The translations under genes and the position numbers were made by a program. This document shows positions 29,001 to 36,260 of a stretch of 64,000 nucleotides of DNA, piece after piece (position 1 is the stretch's first letter; the number at the start of each line of letters is the position of its first letter). Origin of the DNA: Azolla caroliniana (taxonomy: Eukaryota > Plantae > Polypodiophyta); assembly GCA_043228905.1 (NCBI GenBank), contig JBHGNT010000020.1:9858001-9922000 (forward strand), written 5' to 3'. A model generated the notes under the pieces. That model searched no databases and was not told the origin of the DNA. It saw nothing but the letters and a program-made list of their open reading frames with translations.

Positions 29001-30201
29001 TATAAAGGCATTGGAAAAAATTTGCATGCACACACTAAATTAAGTGTCAACAGCTCTAAAACAAAGATTATTCTTGTGAAGAGAAAAAAAAAAAGATAAA
29101 CCATGCATTATGTACAATAACGAGCCACTTGAATGTGTCGAAAGCTTCAAATATCTTGGCCTACAAGTTCCTTCAAATCATAAATGAAATGAATGTGTTG
29201 CAGCTGCTTAAATCCGGGAAAGAGAGCATATTATGCATTTGAGAACACATGCAATCATGGAGATACTAAGTGTTGGGTCCTCAAGAAATACCTTTTCGAC
29301 ACTTTGGTGACATTATGCTTCTCTATGGGGTGGAAGTATGGGGTGGTAGCATCCCTAAATCTACTTGGAAAGAGTTTGAAATGTCCAAAAATATTTTCTT
29401 ACAAAGTTTCTACAAGTTAAAAAACAAACGTCATACACCCACCTCCTCCTTGAGATAGTATCACTTCCCATTGAGATCATGACCATGGAAAGGGTTGTTG
29501 AATACATGCTTAAGGTTCAAAAAAGTCCCACACATAGACTTCCTAGAATTGCATGAAAAGCAAGCAAAACGATCCAAAAGACGCATAAAAACAAACTTTT
29601 GTGTTCTAGTTGGATGCAATATATGGAAAAATGGTTTGGTAGATGGGATGCAACACATTTGCTTCATGATGCATCACTAGATTCCTCTATATATGATGCC
29701 TTTTTGCAATTCCAATGTATCATGACATGGGACAAATGTGGAGGCTCACGTTTCACACATTATACTACACATGTTGCACCTAAATACAAAACCATATTCT
29801 TCACGAAACGGGCAAACCGTACACATCAATACATGTTAGAGCCCATCTTGTTGTCTACCATTCGAACCATTTCTTCCATGCTACTTAGCTCACATGCATT
29901 GTGATGTGAGACGGGGTGTTGGGACACATGTGATGAGAGTGGTCGAATATGCACACTCAACCCTAAACAAGTTCGAGAGTATGAGGTATCACATTTTAAT
30001 ACAATGCTCTGCCTTTGATCATATTCGACCATGCTTTCCATACATCTTCAACCAAGCCCAATCCTTGCACAAATTTCGTTCACAACCATAATGTGCACTC
30101 TCAATTGCAACATTCATTGGTAAAGTTCTTGAACATCAAGAGCCACTACGTGAAATGTAATGTTGTTGGTCTAATAGATCATATTTGACCTCCGAAGATA
30201 G

Positions 30202-30265
<64 letters not shown>

Positions 30266-32484
30266 CCCTTCCTTTTACAAATGTGTGAATAAAAATCCAC
30301 TTGCAAGCATCATAAGATCTTGTACCTTGTGATACTCTTGTCAAAACAAATTAAATCGTCTTTACATGATGGTTTGAAATGACACATACTTGGACGTTAG
30401 ATTTTATTTATTACACATACTTGGACATGATTCTAGATGTTGACGTAGACAACTGTTTGTCTCCCACTTCCCCTCAATCTCTTACACTCCTTGAATGCAC
30501 AAGAGAAAAAAACCAAATTTGAGTTTGGTACACTAATAAGTCCCTAAAGGTTGACACTAGGTTGAATCAACACCTCACCCCTTTTTTTATGTAAAACAAA
30601 TATTACTTTTTGTCTCCAACTTGTGTCACTCTACTAATTGTACTTACACATTCTTCTTATCCACACTCTTAACAAAATGCGAAAAACCTCAAGCAAGAGG
30701 GTCCAATTGTATACTTGACAAACATATAAACCTTAAACCATGAATTCCATAGAGATTTTGATCCACTAGCATATGCCTAACAAGTAGAAGGTCGTGTACC
30801 AATTTAGAGGATGAGAGGCTCTCAAGCAAGAGAGTTTAGTCACACTCTTGACAAACTCGTAAAGCCTCATTACGAGCCTTAGTCATGGCTAGTCAAATGA
30901 AGGGCAATAAGGGCAAGGAAGCAAGAGACAAATTGACAAATAAGAAACCACTAGTCGAATCTATGTCAAATTATAGAGAATATGAAAGTATAGCTTATTT
31001 AGGGTGTAGTTCAAATATTAGATTTTCATTTTTAACAACAATTGTCAAGACTCATCCAATCTCCAATATTAGAATATGAAAGTATAGCTTATTTAGGGTG
31101 TAGTTCCAATATTAGATTTTCATTTGTGACAACAATCATCAAGACTAATCCACTTTGACTATTGATTTCTTCATCCAATGTTGATCCTCATGAGGTTTTA
31201 TTCCTCTATGAATCAAAGTTGTCAAATAAACTATGGCATACTGAAATATATGTAACATAGTGAATGGTGGTGTTGTGGATGTTAGATGCCTTTATCTATA
31301 TACTCTTTGATACTTGGATTGTTTGTGGACATATATGTAATGTTACTTCTTTCCCATAAGCAACCATAGAAGACTATGTCCGTTTTAATAACAAAACATT
31401 AGTTTCTTTCATGATGTTTCAATTATATTAACCAAAGATGAAGTTAAAGGTATATGTAAAATTTGAACTCCGGCTATAGTTACAATTATGTTGACTTTAA
31501 TTTCATATTAGGCAATGATCATACACATTCACCTTGAGAGTTCCACTATTCTCATGTTGTTGATGTATCATGTGACATGTCATCGTTTTAGAGTAATAAT
31601 AAGTGTTAGTGAGTTTAGTTTCTTATGAAGACAATATGGAACTAGCCTAATAATAAGAGTTCAATCAAAGTGAGTGTTCTAAGTCATCAAATGTTGTTGA
31701 GGACAAAATAATGTGTGTGCACATGGGTGTATTCATTGTTAAGATGCATTTTTGGTAATAATTGTTTTGGAGAAGGATTAAGCGTTCTAAGAGTTAATAT
31801 CATTGTTAAGTGTTCTTATTTATTTGTAAGGATTCATATGTATAAATACGACTTCAATAACATGTCATAGCTATTTTTGAATACTACAAATTGGCGCCTT
31901 TGACTATAACATATGCAAATAAATACATGTGAATACGCACCATTGAAATGGAGGGTGAAACCTGGTTGAATTATTCCGTAAGGTGGCGCAGGCATAGGAG
32001 GGCATGTGTTAAATATCGAACCTACATTGAATGAATTTTATCAATTGAAAGAAATTAGGGTATTACCCTTGGTAAGAAAATATAGTTGTTCAACTGAGTA
32101 TGTTTTAGATTATTAGGGTAAGGTTACCAACAAATTTGTCAACAAGCGGTTATTACAATTAGGGGAGACACAAGGAATGTATGAGATATTCAATGGGTTG
32201 GCCCATCCTGGATCACATTTGCATCCATAAAATGGTGGCTCGTCCTTTGTTGAGCAGATGCCATTGAAACAATTCAACAATGCACAGATCCCTGTCAAAC
32301 CAATCATATGTGTTATTGATTTTAACATATTACCACAATAAACCTATATGTATATATATATATATATTGTTTTATGACAATAACAACCTTCTTTTTGGCT
32401 ATAGCTTGTACGAGGCACTTGAAGCACCAAAGTCATGCTTATCATCAAGCACAAGATGGCTCGATCCCATAAGCTCCTTGACAT
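3284..32484 (-). CDS. Six-exon gene for a 203-aa secreted, probably GPI-anchored protein with two EGF-like modules (plant 'neurogenic locus notch-like'/At4g14746-type family): complement(join(3284..3363,3470..3559,3816..3944,31941..32021,32157..32291,32388..32484))
   Basis: All five introns are GT-AG and phase 1. The exons sum to 612 nt with no internal stop. Protein: MSRSLWDRAILCLMISMTLVLQVPRTSYSQKEGICALLNCFNGICSTKDEPPFYGCKCDPGWANPLNISYIPCVSPNCSIFNTCPPMPAPPYGIIQPGFTLHFNVCNYPVCGHGECRESQTNLLYECICDSGYANFLNISTGYCFEECELEENCQTPWSPPGDGNSGVMPPYNNGHSSITMKHLPQLTMAILLFLINKIVTII. The family call rests on recalled motifs (CxCxxG[WY]xNxLNIS, then C-x5-C). Confidence 0.85.
3470..3559 (-). CDS. EGF-like gene exon 5 (C-x5-C and Pro/Gly/Ser stalk)
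   Basis: AAG acceptor, GTATTG donor; encodes CELEENCQTPWSPPGDGNSGVMPPYNNGHS. Confidence 0.75.
3816..3944 (-). CDS. EGF-like gene exon 4 (second EGF-like module)
   Basis: TTCTTCAAG acceptor, GTAAGC donor; encodes VCNYPVCGHGECRESQTNLLYECICDSGYANFLNISTGYCFEE, which parallels exon 2. Confidence 0.9.
5450..6657 (-). mobile_element. Old Ty3/gypsy pol remnant (RT plus RNase H)
   Basis: ORF 6372-6656 has RT motifs (SEWVSEP.LV.K, FCVDF..LN, YPLP.ID.LLDQL, LDL..GYW). Frameshifted sequence further along reads MPFG and YLDD, and QTDAS near 5770. Confidence 0.8.
9231..9531 (-). repeat. 3' LTR of copia B (301 bp)
   Basis: TG...CA ends; direct repeat of 14457-14759; adjacent to the PPT. Confidence 0.97.
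9726..13760 (-). CDS. Copia B gag-pol polyprotein, 1344 aa (first ATG at 13757)
   Basis: Zinc knuckle CNYCKKPGHIKADC, protease LDSGAS, integrase HHCC and D-D-E, RT YVDD, RNase H YTDSD. Confidence 0.97.
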   Translation of the reverse strand: MMASTSGSSEMSLRKFDGSNFNFWKEQMQDYLIVKGQIDPIENEEPPEGYKPIEWQKLDRIVRATIRMHLSESVYFTVQSCTTAFELWKTLSDTYEKKVAATKMFLIRRLYNLRMKESDSVQAHLNEYESISSQISSQGTAIEDELRAMILMSSLPSSWETFVTTVCNASTTAVKYSEVTSAILTEAARRKSFAKDSTDDAYVVQGSTDRSNIRGRDSSRPPNNQRRRSQSRDNRICNYCKKPGHIKADCRALKNKNDKSQRSDKKSGRHEEINYVSFSADVLPNDPNILSIENPVGSEVLLTTEESSTWLLDSGASFHVTPHRSQFQQYTIRHSDSVRVGNSQHCDIIGIGTVELNLAGGSTLVLHNVRHVPELSRPLISVGQLDEDDIRAGFSSGGWTLHRGNLLLARGPKIHSLYPLHVTLREGNLFLVDIPVSSLWHRRLGHLSKAGITHLSRAGYIPKLSFSDHQFCEHCQYGKQAAASHPTSAPRETRPLDLVHSDVCGPMPHQSLGGASYFVSFIDDSTRKVWAYPIRTKDRVFSIFSDWLAMVENQTGRKLKCFRTDNGGEFKSEEFVKFCRQRGIRREFTAPHSPEQNGIAERMNRTIQERIVPMLQHSGLSDGFWAEALLTAVHIINMSPSRPLGLQIPQELWIGNKPNYDKLRIFGCEAYALIPKDDRRKLAPRSRKCIFLGYGSDGEMGYRLWDPERRQIVRSSDVVFNESAMNPSVEKPTEVRRVTFSDVPTLQEGPALNTRSASRVAEPYTPDSDNSDSAQQNNSLSDHPTPIPDATSPIIPRRSERLSQPPERYSPGIFFTDAGEPTSYEEASTSVDSATWHLAMESEMHSIRANKTWDLVELPRNRRALPCKWVYRLKETSDSTTPKYKARLVAKGFRQEYGVDFDEIFSPVVKMTTLRFLLGVVAADNLELIQLDVKTAFLHGDLDEEIYMEQPKGFVATGQEHLVCRLRKSLYGLKQAPRQWYKKFDDFIQSIGFSKSDEDHCLFTNTAQDGSPIFLIIYVDDMLISGRHAGELADLIRQLRLKFAMKDLGPARHILGMKISRHRDKRHLFLSQTDYIGRVLERFNMQSAKSASTPLPMNLRLSQQDCPTSGPEGEDMKSVPYAPAVGSLMYLMVATRPDISHAVGVVSRFMHNPSRSHWNAVKHVFRYLAGTKDHGILFGPNRTSGVVGYTDSDFAGCIDSRKSTTGYCFKFGNGAISWKSKLQECTATSTTEAEYVAASDAAKEALWLGRLAHTFRQVDHDSAPVVYSDSQGAVALSKNPVHHNASKHIDVRYHFVRDCVISGKIGLEKISTTDNVADGMTKCLSADRFRSLRHQMGVTTNQSG
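14457..14759 (-). repeat. 5' LTR of copia B (303 bp)
   Basis: TG...CA ends; adjacent to the PBS. Confidence 0.97.
14760..15607. repeat. 427-bp tandem duplication spanning the copia A / LINE junction
   Basis: GTGGTCTTCAATGAAGAC at 14765 and 15192; both copies end in GTAGTCYCATTGATC. Confidence 0.92.
15470..16700 (-). mobile_element. 5' part of a non-LTR retrotransposon (ORF1 remnant and start of the APE endonuclease)
   Basis: Coiled-coil-like ORF at 15927-16202; ORF1-type C-terminus HIKGTSFFVIEDQTPTEHARRRQ ending near 15625; then MMINETTSSLKIMFWNCRG, an endonuclease N-terminal motif. Confidence 0.65.
18224..18361. repeat. 73-bp-period tandem duplication abutting the L1 5' end
   Basis: CGTGAGGAAAACAAAGTTAAGGGAGATGAGAAG...TATTTACTAG at 18224 and 18297. 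Confidence 0.9.
18362..21820 (+). mobile_element. 5'-truncated L1-clade LINE (ORF2 RT and zf-RVT, poly-A tail)
   Basis: One reading frame 18362-21601 broken only by TGA at 19310 and 20573. Motifs PGPDG, WRPITILN, LDFEKAYD, RQGCPL, YADD, CPLC..ETLRHCLWDC. A11 tail at 21810-21820. No endonuclease, no TSD found. Confidence 0.93.
22530..22711. other. Two convergent tRNA-like (Pol III box A/box B) heads, possibly SINE remnants
   Basis: Plus strand: TAGTGGTAAG...GGGTTCGAAACCC (22542-22583). Minus strand: TGGCTCAGTTGGTAAG...GGGTTGAACCCC (22707-22653). No intact cloverleaf seen. Confidence 0.4.
22748..27296 (+). mobile_element. Degenerate Ty1/copia element C (5' LTR ~22748-23129 with (CT)n tract; gag to RNase H; no 3' LTR)
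   Basis: TTTACA then PBS TGGTATCAGAGC at 23130-23141. Gag MVQICLG motif, VDSGASNHM, integrase ORF 24518-25618, YVDD, YTDADWAG; many stops and frameshifts. Confidence 0.9.
24367..24499. repeat. Perfect 56-bp inverted repeat with 21-bp spacer
   Basis: 24367-24422 is the reverse complement of 24444-24499. Confidence 0.92.
27300..30259 (+). mobile_element. Degenerate non-LTR retrotransposon ORF2, RTE-X-like, ending at a (CT)n tract; interrupted by a solo LTR
   Basis: WFDKECHKAR is restored once the LTR is removed. Also VDFNKAFD, VKQGSPLS, YADD, LFDTLV..LLYGVEVWG and a C-terminal CETG..HILIQC motif; (CT)n at 30204-30259. The clade assignment is tentative. Confidence 0.8.
27550..27950 (-). mobile_element. 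Copia solo LTR (401 bp), same family as the LTR at 55980-56366
   Basis: Reverse complement of TGTTGAGAGACAAGCTCAAC...TTTCTACA; TSD AATGT at 27545-27549 and 27951-27955. Confidence 0.95.
30977..31152. repeat. 94-bp-period tandem duplication
   Basis: AGAATATGAAAGTATAGCTTATTTAGGGTGTAGTTC at 30977 and 31071. Confidence 0.88.
31941..32021 (-). CDS. EGF-like gene exon 3 (C-x5-C and Pro-rich linker)
   Basis: TGTAG acceptor, GTGCGT donor; encodes CSIFNTCPPMPAPPYGIIQPGFTLHFN. Confidence 0.85.
32157..32291 (-). CDS. EGF-like gene exon 2 (first EGF-like module)
   Basis: GACAG acceptor, GTAATA donor; encodes GICALLNCFNGICSTKDEPPFYGCKCDPGWANPLNISYIPCVSPN. Confidence 0.92.
32388..32484 (-). CDS. EGF-like gene exon 1 (signal peptide)
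   Basis: ATG at 32484; MSRSLWDRAILCLMISMTLVLQVPRTSYSQKE has a hydrophobic core; the phase-1 GT donor matches exon 2. Confidence 0.82.
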
Positions 32485-33569
32485 GTTTGTTAATAGATTC
32501 AAAGGTAACATAATTAGGAAAAATGTTTTGAATGTGTGCCACAACTCATTTAAGCTTAAAGCTATGGATGGATGCAAAAAGGTGGTGTGTTGGTAGGCAT
32601 GTAAATGTGAAAATGATGAGGAAAATAAAGTTCATAAACTCTTTTGTACTAGTTACAATGTATAAGAAACGTTGAAATAAGAAAAACATTATAATCACAA
32701 CAAGTGTTTTAGAACTTGCAACAAATAAAGTTTAGGATTCTTTCAGAGAATTAAATCATTTGTTCTATCATGAACACAATGCAATAAGAATTAAGTTTTG
32801 TATCAAATGACAAAAACATCAAAGATAGAGGCTACATGTTTCCGTACCAACTATAAGAACATTGTAGTAGACCCACGAGTTAAAAACTATAGGAACATCA
32901 AAACTATATGCTTCTAATGATGAGAATTGCTTAAATTTGGTATGCATTAGTAATTGCTTGCCAAGAAATGTGGACAAGCATTTTGATGTTTCGATAAGAA
33001 TGATCCATTTTGCAAGAGGATTTGCATACGTAAGGTAAATACAAGTAATCTTCAACACAAGATAAATGAATGATAGAGACATTATTAAACACAATAGTTT
33101 CTTGTTTTATGTCACATAACATGTGTGCATGACTTTCTTACCTAAAATCTACCAATCATGGTAACAAAGTTCTTGTTTGGAAGGATATTGGCAAATGTGA
33201 TTTTAATTTCAAGAATTGATGCACCACATAACGTTATGTAGCATCTACACCAAAACCCCCCACCTCAATCAATGTATTCACTCTACGGGGGGATGATCTA
33301 GAAGTATACTTGTGGATTGAAAACCACAATGTGTGCAATTGGACAAAAGCATTTGTGCAAGGGATCCTTCCTCTCTATGTCATGATTCGATGAAATTGAG
33401 AATAAAAGAATCAATAAACCATGTGTGAGCATTTTTGTGTTACCCACTTCACCAAACATGCCTTTGTTGATGTCTTTACCATCCACTTAATCAAAAGGAA
33501 CAAACAATGAGCACCAACACTTGTTCATCATGCAACAATCAAACTTCTGGCATTGTCTACCTACTCAAG

Positions 33570-34000
33570 AAAACTTCAAAGTGTATGTCTCACTTTCAAT
33601 GGAAAATAAAAGGAGGAGATAATGAAGGAAGTCAAAAACACATATTAGACAATTCTTCGCATATTGAAAACAAGTCATATCAACAAAGCTAGAAGTGTAT
33701 TCATTGTTCATTACAAAGGAATCTTCGTTATGCCATCGATCATTTTCTACGGGGTATGCATTTCAAACCAAGGTTCATGGGCATAAAAAACATAATTGTT
33801 TCAGGCGACTCTAGTAAACTAATAAAATATATAATTTTTTATGTTCTATTCTACCAACAACGAAATTCTACACAAAGATACTCATTGAAAACCCTTGATC
33901 ATAGCTTCATAAGAAGATATATCATGTCCAAATTGGTGACTTGTGTCATAAGCAACCATCGAAACAAAGAAACCTATCTTGTTATCAATTCACCTACTCA
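33570..34000 (+). pseudogene. Possible heavily decayed retroelement RNase H fragment
   Basis: MGIKNIIVSGDSSKLIK resembles the RVT_3 G..II.EGDS..I motif; the other motifs are barely recognisable. Confidence 0.3.
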
Positions 34001-35216
34001 ACACGCATTAGGGGTGTCTAGATCATAACCAAGAATAAGATGCAATTAAAGAAGAGAACGGGAAGAGGGAAATGGGAGAGCAATAAAAGGACACTGACAA
34101 TGTATTAACAAAGAGAACAAGGGAGCTTACAAGAATATATCGAAGAGTGACGTTGAATTGGAATAATTTATTAATACTTGAATACATGCTTATATAGCAT
34201 TTTTTGGACATATGCATGCTCACCTACTCATCTTCGTAACTGGATGACCCAGATCCAAGCACTGAGACTTTGGTTTATCCAAACATGTGCCGAGTGAAAT
34301 GGCATATTAATGGTTAGGAATCAGGATTATGCATTTTCTTCGAAAAGGTCATGGGTTCAAGTTTCTATTATGAGTTCGAAGTTTATAACCTATTCCCCTT
34401 CCTTTGACAAGTTCCACGAGTTGTAATGGATATTGATGATGAAATTCAACTAAAAGATTTGTATTGGATGTTTTATTTTTTAGAGATATCCGGATCCCTT
34501 CTCCTTGATTTTTTTTTTTTTTTTCAAAAAAAAAAACTCCTTCCATTAGTTATAACTTCTCCTTGATTTTCAAAAACAAATAAACTTAATATATACAAAT
34601 TTGATAATCAACCAAAGGCAATTGTGATGCCATGCTAAACATGCTTTTATGGAGAACAATTGAGAATATTTTTAAACGAGTATCTATTTTTTACACTAAT
34701 TTTACTTGAGGTGCTTGTTATTTCAAACATAGTATGAACCATATGTACCATACGTGCATCCGCATTCGTGAACGAGTAAATCATTTGAGCATGGTAAAGA
34801 CCCTCGAAGAATGGTAAGTACCATACTTTTGGATTAACTATTTATTATGAGGTAAATAAACCTAAAACAAGGGAAAAAAGAAAAAAGAAAACCTTAAAAA
34901 AGGGGGAAAAAAACAAAAAAAAACACAAGAATGTTTGAATAACAGTCATTCGTTTTCCAACGTAGGAAAATGAATGTTATGCTAGACGAACTCGAATTTT
35001 ACGTACTATGATTTGAAAGAAACGATATGCTTAAGCTTAGTTTTCATGTAATTAAGGAGTCTTAACTTTATTGTGTTATTGTAGGTAAAACTAATAATGG
35101 TACTTGTTTGTTATTTATATAGATACATCGAATGCAAGTTAACCATTAAGCACATTATTATGTGGTATTTGTCCCGTATTTATGGGTCCATGAGTTAGCT
35201 ATGGTTTTCACAACAC

Positions 35217-35578
35217 TTCGGTTTCGGCTAACAATCGACAACGGTTTGGTTTGGTTTGGTTCAATTGAGAGTGTAAAAAATGAACCGTTTCAAAATTTTG
35301 AAACTTGAACCGAACCGAACCACGGAACCATTTGAACTGAAACCGTTAAAAAAATCCAAACCATTAAACCATTAATCATTAAAACTGAGGTTTTGTGGTT
35401 CGATTCGGGTCAAACCGAACTGTTACCAACTGTTAGTTTCGGCTTAACTGGCTTGGCCTTGTCTGAACGAAAACGATTAACCCTTAACAGGTTTGGAACA
35501 TTTCAAACTTGAACCGAACCGATGCCTAAACCGGTTAAGGATTAACCTGTTAGTAAAAACCGGTTTGGCCAGACCCAT
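35217..35578. mobile_element. AACCG/CGGTT-rich repeat (MITE or hAT-subterminal-like), upstream copy
   Basis: Dense AACCG, GGTTT and CCGAA motifs in both orientations; aligns with 40167-40449 (shared TTTCAAACTTGAACCGAACCG and TGGCCTTGTC). TIR and TSD not identified. Confidence 0.6.
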
Positions 35579-35722
35579 TAAACATAGAGACAGGATTTCA
35601 GACAATAAATACGGTAATAATCAATAAGAACTACAGATTTGCCAAATAGCTTGCATATAAATTCGTAGAAATATCAAGCCAAGTTGTAAGGTTCTATACA
35701 GGGGCAAGTTGTTTGCATCATC

Positions 35723-35759
35723 AAACCCTAAATGGCTTGTCGGCATCCCTAAACCCTAG
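35723..35759 (+). promoter_or_regulatory. Two telo-boxes (AAACCCTA) in the putative PPR promoter/5' UTR
   Basis: AAACCCTAA at 35723 and AAACCCTAG at 35751, about 300-500 bp upstream of the candidate start codons. Confidence 0.45.
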
Positions 35760-36260
35760 ATGAACAACTTGGTCAATCTGCAGGGCTAATAATAGCTTCA
35801 AATAAGTGAAGTAGATCCACGCATTCAATGGGAACAAGTCGGTTATTGGGATGGCAATCACCAAGCCAAGCCCTAAACCATCGCTGCAATCAATTTACTG
35901 GGTTTTGTTAGCCACTAAACAAATTTTGGGAGCGTCATGTTGTACCGAATTGAACCCCACTTCAGATTTTTGCAATGATCCTCGACCTCCATTGTTTCTT
36001 TTCTGCCATAAATCTGAATCAAGATGAATGATTAGCGATGAGGTTAGTCCGTTCTTTTCTTCTTCCAAACCCAATTGAAATTTTTTGCCAGCGAGTCTAA
36101 TTCAAAATTTCGGAACCCAGTTTGGGATTTCTACCATTGATCACTTGATGAATGAACGAATGATTGTGATGATATACTCGTGTGTAGGGACAGAACCCTC
36201 ATTCGTGTGGGCCTATCTTCTTCTCCGTTGGTGTGACTTGACTACTGTCTATCCGACTTA

